From positions 2,438,131 through 2,502,130 of the forward strand of contig NC_134033.1 of the NCBI RefSeq assembly GCF_964204645.1: a stretch of 64,000 nucleotides of DNA, written 5' to 3'. Made by a program: the position numbers and the translations under genes. Below, one piece after another: positions 22,831 through 36,500 of this stretch. Source of the stretch: Tubulanus polymorphus. Its lineage: Eukaryota > Animalia > Nemertea. Within the stretch, counting starts at the first letter, position 1. Each line of letters opens with the position of its first letter. Below the pieces are notes generated by a model. That model was not told where the DNA came from, searched no databases, and saw only the letters and a program-made list of their open reading frames with translations.

Positions 22831-23734
22831 CGGACTTTGCATTCCTAAACCGGAATACGTTCAATCGAAACCTGTCTAACACATAGAAATAAACAAAACA
22901 GCACCAAAAACAGCATCAAATCAATTGAAATCGATTAGATAAGAGAAATTCCGATTTCAAATCGAGCTGATCTTGTGGAAGCGGGTCCTGAAATACTGAA
23001 TAAATGACCTGTCAGAAATTGTGCTCGAAAACAAATCGTTTTTTTTTTTATAGATGTAATTCGAAACATGTCGTCGATTATCAGCCATCATTTAGACGAT
23101 GAGATTTTACCATATTAAGAACGGGGTATTAAGAACAAAGCGAACGCGTGACCCCGATATTGAAAACCCTCAGAAAATGCAAATATTTGGCGCTCTACCG
23201 ATTAGGTCTAAATGCTGTATTTGACGGTTTAATGATTACGAAATCGACTTGCACAGAAATTCTGTTTAGAATGCTTTTATTCTTACACTGCTCCTAAAAC
23301 TCAATTAATTTGAACCTCAGTGATTTGTGTTCGAAAGTGTTTCCTTGAGCTATCGTGGTTTATTACGACGTTTCGACTTTATTCTAATAGTCATCTTTGA
23401 ATGGTTGTGTTTGACTGAGCTAGGTCTGTGAATGAGCTAGATCTGGCGGGAATGAGCTTGGTCTGGGTTTGAGCTATGTCTGGTGGGAATGAGCTAGGTC
23501 AGGGAGTGAGCTGGGTCTTGGGGTGATTTCTGTTAAGATTCTTCAGCGACAATTCGAGTCATAAACAATGGAACTTTTATTACTTGAATGTAGTGCGAAC
23601 TGTTCTAAGATATTTCTTGTGCATTCTAATGAGGACTGGTCCACTTCTTACATTTGAAATAAATGTTTGATTTTGTTAGAATATGTTCAGCGTTATTATG
23701 GTATAATCATAGAACCAAACGCTTATAGTTCTGT

Positions 23735-24580
23735 GGTATTACCTAGCCAGTGCGGTGCCGGTGTCCATTGAACCGCATTATGACACCCTCAGTTCATATT
23801 GTGTCCTGTTATTGTCCTCGGTCTTTGAAATCATGTAATACGTGTTCGATTTGAATTGAACCAATTCTGATGATTCATTCGTAACATACGTTGAATTCAC
23901 TATACACGCGTATATATGTCCAGTCCTTACGTGAGGTTAGGTGAGTTGAATCTTAAACGGGATTTTCTAAATCTATAAGCTATAAGGGCTGGGGCTTCTT
24001 TATTTGAATATTGATTCATCAGTCAGAATTGAAACCTCTTTTTCAGATCAGCCATTCCTTGAGGACCTCATTGCTTCCAATACCGCGGGGCTGACTAAGC
24101 CAACGCTGTGGACTCCAGACCTTTCGTAATAATCCATGATTCTACACACAGATTTGAATTAGTGGTGAGTAGATTTGTAGGTTTTTAATACTGGATATAA
24201 CGGATTACAATGTACATGTATTACAATGTATCGAGTCAAATTAAAAATCATAACGATGAACATTACGTTTTTTCAGAGGAGCTCTACTTCCTCTGATTGC
24301 TGTCAATGCGTGCTGGACTTAATCAACAAATACACAGTGGACTTCAGGCCTTCCTCGCTTACTCGGGACCTGTTTGCTGTCAATACCTGCTGCGGACTAA
24401 ATCAACGAATACATAAGTGGACTTCAGACTTTCCTCGATTACTCCAGACCCGATTGCTGTCAATATGTGCTGGACTTAACCAACCTGGACCAACAGAGCT
24501 TAGTGCTGTAACATGTTTGGATGTCATATCTTCTAAGGAACAAACAGATAACTGATCGATCGAAAGAAATCCATGAATTT
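23735..24580 (+). ncRNA. Putative spliced lncRNA-like unit, copy A
   Basis: Exon-like blocks ..23940, 24047-24164 and 24277-24580 with TTTTCAG acceptors and GTGAGT donors. These are conserved in the inverted copy at 39220-41300. No conserved ORF. Confidence 0.45.
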
Positions 24581-25119
24581 GTGAGTAGAATTTCTAATAA
24601 TTTTTCGTATAGGAAACTTAGGTTAGGTCGGGTTTAAGCCTATCTATCAAACGGATTGGCCCTCGTTACAGCAATTTCAGATACATTAGACTCCTAACAT
24701 TCCTCTTAACTCGAATTAATTTCTGACCAGTGATTAATGTTTGAGGTGTTAGAAAGATCTGATTGATATTCTTGATATTCTTTTGTTGTTATGGTTCTAA
24801 ATTATGTGTATTGAAGTTTGAAATGATTATTCAACTTGCCGGTAAAACAAATTTGAGTTAAGAGGAGTCCTATGTAAAACAATTTATCAGATAAAGGAAA
24901 CTTTTGATTTATTCCATAAAACTGGATAATGAAATATTACTTTAAAATCAACTTGTAACCGGTTCAATCGTCCGAGACATTTTTACAGCACCTGAGAGTA
25001 GTCGAGCTATAGGCTTGGGAAGGTGGTCTCATTTATTAAATATGGATCACAATTTTAATCTAAATCATCGATTCAAATTAGTTTTGATCGTCTGCTTGCC
25101 TGGAGTTAAGAATGAAATC

Positions 25120-26460
25120 TCTGATCGGTCAAGGACGATTAGCCGGTTTGTAACGAGTGATATGAAGTTCGGGTTTGACTATTTCACGGAATGGCTTCGT
25201 ATTGTAATAATGTTATAAATGTGTAAGTTTCCGGGTCCGGAGATTGTTGTTACTACGAAGGGTGGTTCCGAAAAACGCAACAGATGTCGCCTTCGGTTAA
25301 TTTACACTTGTCGTAGAGTTTTCTCAGGAGACCGAGGAGGTTAGCTCGGTGGGCACAGGACGGCGCTCGGCCCACCGGCGAATTCATGACAGAAATAGAC
25401 TTTTTTACTAAAATGGTTTTTGCAATTTCCGACCAACAGATGATCCCCTCGTTTACCAGACCTAACACCTTGCCACTACACTCAACCTCGCTTAAGTCAT
25501 TATCAGATAGTCATCACACTACTATACATCAGTCCTTTCCAATTCTCTGGTTCCAGTTGCACAGTCGTTTCTTAAGTCCAAAAGGGAACTTAAATCTTAA
25601 GATTGGTCTTAAGTTGTTAGATTGGCTATATAACTAAGTTGGTCTTAGACTGGGCTTAAGTCTAAGCCGTGACTATGCAACCGGTCCTAGGGTATTTGTT
25701 AGACGTTCTTTCGGTAAGATTAGATTCTCTCAACTGAAGAAGACTTAAAAAGCGATGTTGACGGTACTTTCTCAGTGAGCCGAATGAATGAACACGTAGC
25801 TATTTTGTGATGGCCCTTCCTGGTCTCCAGCGACGAGTCGGCTTCTGTAATTAAATAAAGCTAGGGAGATTATTCTTGGAAAAAATGATGGCAGATTTTG
25901 AATAACATTATCGTGGAAACCATTGCGGAAACCACTTGGCTTGGTCCAAAGTTGTTACAGCCTGTGAGCTCTGTGACTGCACCCTCACTTATTGATGTTA
26001 ACTCGGCATTCTTTATTTCATTGTTATCTTTAAGTGAAAAATAAATCATATCATGTTATTGTGTTCTGTTTTAAGTTTGTAATTTTGGTTAAATCTACGA
26101 CAAGTGTAAATTGCGTGCCTCTAACAATTCTTGCTCAGTCACACGTATAAAACCAATACAATACAATGAAGTGGAGCTGAAATTGACCTGGCGCAATTGA
26201 ATACCAAGTTTTTTTCGAGTTGTCAACTCCGGTTTATAACTAATTGTTAGAATGACATCTGTTGAGTTGTTAAGAACCACCCGGTAAAGCTGGAATGCTG
26301 TCAAGGACGCTTCGCTCATCTGCTGGTGCCGAGTTCGAATTTCTGTGTCGTTTTTCTGTAGGTAGGTGAATGCCTTTTAGGTAGGTGAAGTTATTATTCA
26401 GCCATATGAAATAGTCAAACCCATGAGTTTTGCAGTAACGAGGGTCCATTATTGCAGGTA
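25120..26460 (-). repeat. Rearranged inverted copy of a local ~1-kb duplicated module
   Basis: 25125-25375 is reverse-complementary to 37850-38105 and 28945-29095. 26085-26300 is reverse-complementary to 28380-28620. Confidence 0.7.
25553..25685. mobile_element. Small MITE (CCAGTTGCACAGTC termini)
   Basis: CCAGTTGCACAGTC ... GACTATGCAACCGG with internal CTTAAG palindromes. Confidence 0.6.
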
Positions 26461-27290
26461 TCGGTCTGTATCCTGGAATCAAAACACTTCAAGTGTCTTA
26501 TAATGATCACTTTAAAAAGTCTGTCGATCGAATTCTTAATAATATCTGGCGTCCAGTTCATTTCTAATTTGCTGCCTAAATGATCGAAAATTGGAATTAA
26601 TGGCGATAAAGTGTCAAGTTTGAGGGGTTGCAGGTTCCAGGCTGCAGTTTGATACCAGCATTAATTCATAAACGGTTTAGAATCGAATTTAAACACGTTT
26701 TCTGTAGTGATTACTATATATAATACTGATCGCTATAGCGACTACAGTGTCTGAATCCTGTCAGTCACAACCAACTGTTCATGTCGTTTAGGCAAATTCT
26801 CTCACTTTCGTTGATCCTCAATGTAAGCTAATACCAAATTAAGCCTTTGAGACCCATGCCTTAACGATGACTAAGTTCAAATCTAATTTGTTCAGTTCAT
26901 TCGATTCGGACGCGTCCTTTAGTTTTCAATCGCATCCATTCAAATCCAACACATCCATAATTAATTACTACAAAAAACTGATAATTCTCTTAAATCCAAT
27001 TTATTAGAATCAAATGTATATTTCATAAACATTATATGTACAAAATTAATCACAAAAGGTCCGTATTTGGAAAACCTTGCACATCATCTTCTGGCCATGA
27101 ATCCTCGATCTCCTGACATCATCAGTACCCTTCAAAATAAACTGCATGAAATCGAAATAATTGTCAACGTTGGTTGTGACTGGTGGGAATTAGGTATTCC
27201 ATCATTAGGTGTGCAGTGTAATCCTAGCAGCGGATTAAGAAGTCTCGGGGTCCAGACCGTGCCTTCCCCAATCTAAGGAGATACCGTTAC

Positions 27291-27790
27291 GAGAGGGCGC
27301 CGGCTATTTCGTGTTCACTCATGCGTGACGAGTGACTTAAAAAAGGAAGTCGACCGGGTGCGGGGTATTTCGTGTTCAGTCATGCGTGACGAGCGATAGT
27401 CGGTCACTTAGAACTCGTCACGCATGAGTGAACACGAAATACCCTGTGCATCATCGATTTTTTTTTGTGTTTACCCTTGCGTAACGACGCAAAAAAAAAG
27501 TCGACCGGGGACAGGGTATTTCGTGTTCAGTCATGCGTGACGAGCGATAGTCGGTCACTTAGAACTCGTCACACATGAGTGAACACGAAATACCCTGTGC
27601 ATCATCGATTTTTGTGTTTACTCTTGCGTAACGACGCGAAAAAAAAAGTCGACCGGGGACAGGGTATTTCGTGTTCACTCATGCGTGACGAGTTCCAAGT
27701 GACCGACTAACACTCGTCAATACCCCGCACCCGGTCGACTTTTCCCATCGCCACGCATGAGTGAACACGAAATAGCCGGCGTCTCCCTCT
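27291..27790. mobile_element. Foldback/MITE-like element with an internal array of hairpins
   Basis: Terminal inverted repeats CGCCGGCTATTTCGTGTTCACTCATGCGTG ... CACGCATGAGTGAACACGAAATAGCCGGCG. The same motif alternates in both orientations internally. Confidence 0.8.
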
Positions 27791-28229
27791 ATCCACGCCG
27801 TCTGCGTCACACCTCCATTCCGCCAATTCTGTTTAGGGACCATTCGCTTACCCTATACGGGCCTTGCCCCTAAAATAAATCGAGTAATACAATCAAAAAG
27901 TAGTAAATATCACTGACAATCACAACCACCTTTTCATAAAGTATGCCCTGCATAGTTTTAAAATGTTGATGCTATTTGTTTTGTAGGATGACGCTGTGAG
28001 GAGGTTGAATACCTGAAGATATGCGAGGTGTAAATACTGAAATTCATTGCGTGTGTGTTCAATGAAAATAAAGTGTTTGAAATAAAGAATTCGATTTCTG
28101 CAATTTAGGTCGGGTTTAAGAACTTTTCATAGAATTACCGAAATAATGGGTTTCGTCAACACACCAAACGCTCGAAGTTCAAGACATTCGAAATGGTTAT
28201 TGATAAATGCATTATTTCGAAAGTGTCTA

Positions 28230-29150
28230 TCTTGGTTTTGACTATTTCAAATCGCTAAACACTTCACTTACCTAGAGGAACGCGACATTGTCAAATGTAT
28301 CGTTATCGGAACCTTGAACCAGCAGCGGAGAGAAGTCCTTATACAGCACCAGCATAATGAGCAAAGCGTCGTTACAGCATCCAAACTCTACCGGGTGGTT
28401 CTTAGAAAACGCAACAGATGTCATTTTTCGGATATATTTATAACCGAAGATAATAAACTGATTATAAAACTTTTTATTCAACTAAGCCAGGTATTCACTC
28501 AAAGATCAGCTTCACTATTCCGATGTATTGTATTTGGTTTATTGCTTTTATACGTGTGACTGAGCAAGAATCATTAAAATAAAGGAGACTCGTAATTTAC
28601 ACTTGTTGCAGATTTAAATAAAATGACAAATTTGAAACCTTGATTCCTACATGACTTTTATTCAAAATTGTACAAAGTTTATTCGAATGTAAAAACGGTT
28701 TCCGGGACAAAATCATTTCTGATGAGGCTCTGCTTGCTAAAGTTGATGACATCTCCATTCATCAGCCAGATACCAGTTAAAGGCACATTATTTCAACTAT
28801 TAAATCAATCTCTACAGTAATTCAGTTAATAGGGAAATTAGTGGCACGAGCTTGAGGATTTGTGAGCGACGTTGACGTCTGACAGGACGCAAAGCGCAAT
28901 AACCATCTCAGTGAAAGTCAGTTTCTAACCTTCATCAGTCTGTGGGCCGGAGCGCCGTCCTGTGCCCACCGAGCTAGCCTCCTCGGTCTCCTGAGAAAAC
29001 TATACGACGAGTGTAAATTAAGCGAAGGCGACATCTGTTGCGTTGTTTAGAACCACAATCTCCGGAACCGGTGACTTACACATTTATAACATTATCACCT
29101 AACCTAACCTTAATTTCCTAAACAGAAATAATTCAAAATTTCTACTCTGC
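28230..29150 (+). repeat. Local duplicated module, copy 2 (direct paralogue of 37170-38110)
   Basis: Shared GCTAAACACTTCACTTACCT...GGAACCTTGAACCAGC...GAGCGCCGTCCTGTGCCCAC...GAAGGCGACATCTGTTGC. Confidence 0.8.
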
Positions 29151-29494
29151 CGTTGGGTTCGAATCCCGAAACGAATGGTTCGCCGCGTTGATACGGGGAT
29201 AAACATGCTGGACCCAGTGGCACAGTTGTGAGTTAAAGCTAAATCCGAGATAAATACAAATTACACGAATTAATGAGTAATTCGGTGGATTTTACCGGAT
29301 TTGCCAGACGCAATAGAAAAGAAATTCTGCAGTTTGCTGATGTAATTAAGCCACTTTTCGTCAACCAAATGTATCTCGACAAAATACAGCATCATGAAAT
29401 CAGTTGCATGAATCAAATTTGAAATCGATGGTTACATTTACATGTAACATGGTTACACGTAGTTACATGTTAGAATGTTTTCCAATCACAATCG

Positions 29495-29770
29495 GGCGGA
29501 CCGGATGGCTTAGTCGGTCGGCGACTAGCGTGTCACCGCTGTGGCCCGGGTTCGAGTCTCGGAGGAGGCGGGTCAGTATGTGGCAAATGATCTCCGGTAA
29601 GCGGGCGAGTCGAGAGTACTGTCCTCCCTGGAATGAGGTTGCTAATGCGTGAGTCCTACAAAAAACCTGGTGTGGGGTAAATTATGTTTAATTCAGTCGT
29701 TTCTGGCTGAATTATTTATTTATCCCACAATACCGGTCCAGGCTGCGGAGTAATTCCCCCAGGGACCTTC
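29495..29770 (+). mobile_element. tRNA-derived SINE
   Basis: A-box TGGCTTAGTCGG and B-box GGTTCGAGTCTC at tRNA-like spacing, followed by a non-tRNA body. Confidence 0.6.
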
Positions 29771-30733
29771 GACTTTTTTACAATATTAGTTTGTTATTTT
29801 AAGTTTAGTGGTGAGGGTTTGGAAGATTTTTTTATATTTATTCAATTCCTCGAACTGAAGAAATCCAAGCGACTATTCGGTGCAAGCAGCGCGCGGTGAT
29901 CAATCACAGTTCTTTCTCAACTGATGATAAAACTTTGATAATTTTTTTAACTTCACCAGATTTCGGTTAAAGAAGATGTGTACGCGGCGATGTCTGGTGA
30001 ACTTGTGTATAAATTCGGATTGAAAACGACTCTATCCAATAGAGAATTACTCACTGGAGACCTGCCATACGCTCTACTACACAATAGTGCCGCGTCACTG
30101 CACAAACCCTTAAGCAAACTTCGATATCCTAAAGCAAAACTCGAAAATAGTAAAATTGAGCCGGTATTATAGTTCAAAACCAGACGTAAATAGAAGGGAA
30201 ATCTACACTAAAGTTTGTTGGATAGTTTAGATAAAATTTCAGCTTACAATTTTAGGCAAAAATCGTAGCATTCGATATTTCTATCTTAAACAATATGTGC
30301 CTCTATGAATAGTCGAATTAAACTCGATGACCTGTAAGCCCCATTGAAAATGTTTGGCACGAATTGAATAGTTCTTTCGGATTAGCGTCACGGACTCGGG
30401 TCTGTCACAGGAATGCGCGATCGAGCTTTCTGATTGACCCATTCCGGTCGCATCGATGATGCACCGTCGTTGATTGGTTGACGTAGGTATTAGAAGCGCG
30501 GTTCGAGCCTCCCGACGCCAGTCCGAGAACCGATGTCCAGTGATGAAGGTCGACCTATAAGAGCTCTGCAACAAGGCGTGAAGAACGTATGGCTTCAAGC
30601 AAACAACCTACTAATAAGCGGCTGATGATGTTAGGAGAGACTGGAACGTGAAGGAATTTGTGACGCCTAGCGATTGAGAACGCAAGATGAGACTGGCGGC
30701 TGTTGATGCTGATGATTGCGGAGGAGATCCCGA

Positions 30734-30734
<1 letters not shown>

Positions 30735-30780
<46 letters not shown>
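30735..30780. repeat. (CTG)n microsatellite
   Basis: About 14 CTG units. Confidence 0.95.
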
Positions 30781-31167
30781 ATGTCTGATTTCAACTACAA
30801 ACAGATGACGGCTAATTTGCTGATGAAGACGAGTTGCTGTTGTCGCTGATTTCCGATGTTCTATTTCGCGCACATTCATACATTATGAATATTGTGTCTT
30901 TTTAGGGTTAAACCGAAACCAGTTCGCTACTACTGACACTACATGTACACAACTCGTTTGTCGCAACGTCCTAACTAGTCTGCTGCTGCTGCTGCATTGG
31001 GAACCGCATCAACCCACATTTTGCTGTTTCGGTATCTTTACATTAAGATAAGGTAATTATATTAAACTACACCCATCCTTACATTTTGCATATTCAATCT
31101 TCAAAAGCTTGACGATTATCCGATTTGTTTTTCAGCCGGCTATATTTGAGTTACAGCAACATCTTCA

Positions 31168-31445
31168 AATCTCGAGACGCAGACTCAACTCCGACTAAAG
31201 CACCATCTCCAAACCTCGAGATGCAGACTCCACTCCATCTCCAAACCTCGAGACGCAGACTCTACTCCGACTAAAGCACCATCTCCAAACCTCGAGACGC
31301 AGACTCTACTCCGACTAAAGCACCATCTCCAAACCTCGAGACGCAGACTCTACTCCGACTAAAGCACCATCTCCAAACCTCGAGACGCAGACTCTACTCC
31401 GACTAAAGCACCATCTCCAAACCTCGAGACGCAGACTCTACTCCG
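31168..31445. repeat. 44-bp minisatellite, ~6 copies
   Basis: Tandem CTCGAGACGCAGACTCTACTCCGACTAAAGCACCATCTCCAAAC. Confidence 0.93.
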
Positions 31446-31737
31446 TCATTATTTCGTTTTGCCGCATGTTATAAAGTAACGTAAATAAATAAACGTCCAT
31501 CTACATAAAATGCTCGTCTTACTAAAAATCTCTGTCTCGGGCTCCGGAAAGGACTCTTCCCCTCACAACTTCATACTCGACACTGCTCCGGAAAGGACTC
31601 TTCCGCTTACACAATCAAGGAAAGGACAAAGTCAAATAGGAAAGTAAAGTACAAATCAAAGAATTTATTCCAAACAGCTTGTTTGCAAAAGTAAAATTCA
31701 AATTTTATTGAAACATCAATATTTAATATCAACTAAA

Positions 31738-31800
31738 ATGGGATTTGAACCACCAACCATTCGACTAGCAGTCCAGCACCCTACCCACTACGCTATAGGG
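31738..31800 (-). pseudogene. tRNA-like/SINE head relic
   Basis: Minus strand TAGCGTAGTGG (A box) ... GGTTCAAATCCC (B box); no intact acceptor stem. Confidence 0.45.
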
Positions 31801-31924
31801 ACGTACTGGCAGCACACAGAGGAACTCATATTTATCCATTGCTTAAGCAAATTTTATCAAAAAAATAATGCCATCTACCGGGCGAGACAGGAACTAGTTC
31901 CCATTTCAACCCGGTAGATGGTAA

Positions 31925-32095
31925 TAGAGAATGAGACAAGAGTGGGCAGAGACAGAGTAAGAGAGAGGAGGAGAGATGAGAGTGAAACAGAGTGAGGAGA
32001 GAGTGAGAATGAGACAGAGTGAGGAGAGATGAGAGTGAAACAGAGTGAGGAGAGAGTGAGAATGAGAGAGGATAGAAAGAGATAGAGAGGATAGG
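31925..32095. repeat. GA-rich low-complexity tract
   Basis: Direct inspection. Confidence 0.85.
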
Positions 32096-33349
32096 ATGGC
32101 ATATCACCTGAACTTATGTTCCTCTTGTTTTCTATCTAGAATGCCGTTTACAGTTTCTAGTTCAAACAGATATTTATCCCATCAGCAGTAATGTCATTAT
32201 TTTGTCCTCGTGGACATAAAGTTCACTATAACTGAAGTCAAGTTCTCCCAATATGAGTTCGTTTGTTTGTTTATCCTGTCGCTGAGTTCGAACACTGCCC
32301 ACACCATCTGATGTAGTCCTGATCATAGTTCCACCATATTGATGACAAACATCCTAAAAATATACATGAAACTTAATAAATTTAAGGCCATCAATCAAAC
32401 ATACAGAGTTAGAGTTAAGTCTAGTTACCGGTGTATCAGAGAAATGGCAATCTAAGGTACCCCCAAAATGAGGGTCAGGGGTCAAATATTTTTGGGGGGA
32501 CCCCTAAATTTTCTAAAGGCCTTGGACCCCAGAATTTTTGAGATATTCAAAAGCTGATTGCAGATTTGGAATCAGCGCCCCTGAAAATAGTAAGGACTAA
32601 AATTTTAAGCAAATCGAAGAGATTCGATTTTTTGGCCAAAAACGGCAAAAATCTAAGGTGTAAGTCCAGGAGTTTTTTTTCGGCGAAAAATTTTTTTTCT
32701 CTGATTCCTTGTAAACTTGGTAGGAAGATGTATTCTGTGGTGTAGATTCCGGATATGCAATCAGATTTTGAATCGGAATTCATCTTCATTGGCAAATAAG
32801 GGTTTTAATGCCCAAAATATGCACCCCAAAAATGGGGTACAAAGTCAAAATTTTTTTTTGGCCCAATTTTAATAAATTTTGGTACAGACATGTTTTTTGG
32901 GGTGCTGATCACGAATATGAAGTTAGTTTTTGGATCTGAGGCCTCTAAAATGAGATATTCAGGATTTTGTGTTTTGACCCTTATTTTCGTCACAAATTTT
33001 GATGAAATTTGGTCCAAAAGTACAATTTCATCTATTGAGCCAAGTATTCAATTAATTTTTAAGGCAGAAATTGATACTCTTACTAAAACCCTGAATTATA
33101 ATTCCTGCCACACAATTACAGGCTGCTATAAATAACTCCATTGACAATTCTTATGACACTCAGTAAACACTATGTTTACAGATAAACTGCTCTCTCATAA
33201 TTGTTTTTGAAACATAAAAGAAATTCTACTCACACAAGTCTCTCCTCCCTTGTCTAGCAGTAATAATAGTCCGCTGAGTTCCACAATTCCACATACAGAG
33301 TTCCACACCTTCAGGAGTCAACCATTGATTATTTTTTACGAGTATCAAT

Positions 33350-33510
33350 CCACTTTTAGTCCAGTTAGTCCACATGTAGTTCGGTAAGTTCACATGTAGT
33401 CCAGTTAGTTCACTAGTAGTCCGGTTAGTGCACATGTAGTTCACATGTAGTCCGGTAAGTTCACATATAGTCCGGTTAGTTCACTAGTAGTCCGGTAAGT
33501 TCACTAGTCC
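33350..33510. repeat. Short degenerate tandem repeat (AGTCCGGTAAGTTCACATGT)
   Basis: Direct inspection. Confidence 0.75.
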
Positions 33511-36500
33511 GGAAGAAGTTGACTGAAGAAGTAAAACTGATGAATTTCAGTCGAAGTCCACATCCAGTATTTGTGATGAAGTTTACCAACGATAGTCGAG
33601 AGAGGAAAACCTGAAATATGAAATTGAAACAGTCTCTAGAGAAACACATTGACAAACTCAAACTCAAACTCTCAGACATACTAGTAAAGGCTTATGCAAA
33701 AGTTTTCACAACTTTACTGGATTAACAGATTGTTTTTACATAACTGATATACTCGGCCACTGTGGGAGTAAGATGGTGAAACTGGTTGAGTCAGCTGGTG
33801 ATGGTAACCTGCTGAACATGTGGAAAAGAGGAGGAATTAACAGGAATAGTAACAACAGCTCATCAAGATTTGTGAAACTATCACCTGCACCATGTCGTGC
33901 ATGCGGCGCCGCCTGGCTAGTGAAAGTGGTTATTGACACTGAGTGCCGAGGTCCCTGTGTTTGTGAGGTCCCCCTGTGTGTCCCTGAGGACATGAAATCT
34001 TGTGAATTCTTATTCTTACGTATGTCTTACTTTAAGCGGCCAAGTGAAAGTGACCACGGCCACAGCAAGGTTACCGTTGGCGTTAAACACTTGACTCCAG
34101 TCCACCGTGGTCCAGGTCCCTGTGTGTTGTGGATGGACGTGTTGTCTGTAAAGTCCCTGTGTCTGTGAGGGCACGAAATCTCATGAATTCTTATCGTTTA
34201 AACCAATATAAAAGTTCGTACATTGGGAATCATTGTGGCTTTAAAGTCTTTATCAATTGAGAGACTTAGTTTCATTGTAAATAAAGAATTAGAGATTGAA
34301 TTGAGCGCGCTCCACAGTGCGCGATTTCGATGTCGACCGTCTAGTGCTGCCCCTACATATAACGATAGCGGGGAAAACGTGAACTAACTTAATACTCGCT
34401 TGCCAGAGTCTTCGGACGGCCGTAGTGGACGAACTAATTACCGATTTGCGGGCCGGATTCCGAGGGAATTCTCCAAATCTTACAACTGCTCTGAAACGTT
34501 TGAACCAAACAATTATTCTATAAGAGAATTAACCTTAAAAGAGTGAATTTGAATCAGGATATTTTTAGTATCGTCTGGCAGAGAGCGACAGGTGTTTGAA
34601 TGTTCCCTGATTATTTGCGCGCAATTAAAATATATCGAAGAAAAAAATATGGAAATTTTGTCAATTCAGATGATAAATTATCATTCAAAAATATAAATGA
34701 ATAACTTATTCTGAATATAAATACTAATTAATTGATAAGAAAGTGAATTTTAGCTATCAAAATTGAATATCGTTACCTAAAAAATAAGAAAATTTCATTA
34801 GAAAATTATAAAGTATTCATAGTATCATATTTAATCAGAATTAGGCGCCACACTGGTCCGTATTGTACGTAATGGGAAATTCATATTCCGGCGGCGCTAT
34901 TTTAGTTCACAGAAATTCCGCTGTCGTTATTCATAGGGGCAGCACTGTACGGTTGATATCTAACCCAGCCTCGCAATCTTACTGTGGCATGCAAGTAATA
35001 CAGATATTTTTTTAGCCGAATTTCGTTCATTATTCACCACGATTCCGTTTTCTATGAATAATTCAATTAATTTTTAAGCTTTTGGAAAGGGGATCTTCTT
35101 TTTAAAACGATTTTCAAGCCATTTTTGATAGAACTCTTCTGTCAACGGAATCTAATTGCATAAAGCAGTAAAGAGGTAGACTCACATGCCACAGACAGAA
35201 TCTAAAGCAAATTAAATTTTATTCTCCAAAAAAGTGCATTCATCCAACGCTATCATCAAAGTTGCAGCACGTGAACCATTAAACCTCCTATTAAGGTCGA
35301 CCCTTCTTGGTCAGGGTTAAAATCAAACTCTCCCAACCACAAATTGGTGCAAACAACTGGAAAAACTTCAGTTGAACATCGTTAATACGACAAATCTGTG
35401 TAAAGACGAAACCAGTTTGATTCAACAATTGCATCCCACAAGATTCATATCAACGAGATTCCACTTAAACTAGAACAGAAAATCAGTTACAACCACCACA
35501 AAATTAGTGAATAATCAATTCATTGTGAAATTTATTTATTTCAGTGAAAAATGTGCATCAGAGTTAAATATCAAATAAAAGTCTTGCATAAAGCGAACAT
35601 GTGATCAACTCCGCAATGAACTGACTGAACTAACCCAGGAATCGAAAACTGAAATCATATTTACAATATCAGATATCAGATTTATGATGCATCAGTATCA
35701 CACATGTTGTTTCTGGTGCGCTATGTTATTACAGTACAGTAGAGTCTGTTCCTAACTTGAATCAATGTGATACCAGTGATATCCCATTGACTGATGATTC
35801 AAGTTCTGTGGTCGAGAATTAAAACCTAGCAATCTAACTCGGAAATGTCTAAAAACTCCTGGACTTTTGTCGAATTCAGACGGAAATGAAATTTTCTGAC
35901 TTTCTAATCGAATTTTCTGATCCTCAACTTAGATTTTTGCTTAGCAAGTATACATTTTGAGTGAGAGATGCTTTAGGAGTGTTTTAAATCTAGAGAAATT
36001 GAGACTTACCTTAAACGGAAAGAATTGATCTAAATTGCGTGTGATTTATGAAAATAAAGTTTTTGTTAAGATATATGCGTGAATCTAGTTCTAATTCGGT
36101 TTAAGAACTTGAAATCCCAAACGAATGAGTTTCCTTAACACCGAAAACTCTCGAAGTTCGAGGAAAAAGGAAAAAGGAAATTGATTAAGGCAATGAAGAA
36201 TCTACGCCTGGCTCAACCCCGTGTGAGCTTGTGAATTCGTGAAGGGTTTATGAATTACATTTATGAATCGCCTAAATAGAATTAGAATTTACAAATAGGT
36301 CTGGGTTACTTGCATTATCTTTTGATTTATGTTGGGATGAATTGCCATTGAAATAGGATAGAATTTGAACTGGACTCTCATCAGATATTTGAACCTAGGC
36401 ATCTACAGATCGCGAAGAACGTGTAAATGGGGTTCGAACCTACTGTTGTTAAGGATCAGTGATCAATGAGAACTCCGAAAAGGCGGTTGTGACAAAGGAT

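Noticed and set aside
23366-23400. Further hammerhead on the minus strand (family of 7858-7899)
   Set aside because: The core CUGAAGA is mutated to UCAAAGA and stem II is mismatched; it is a decayed relic.
24226-24555. 109-aa Cys-rich ORF
   Set aside because: It starts in a predicted intron, the internal repeats are read in different frames, and it is not conserved in the inverted paralogue.
30555-30879. PolyQ and polyS ORFs
   Set aside because: These are by-products of a CTG microsatellite with no other coding signal.
32453-33060. Possible DNA transposon remnant
   Set aside because: The composition is TE-like, but I could not define paired termini or a target duplication.
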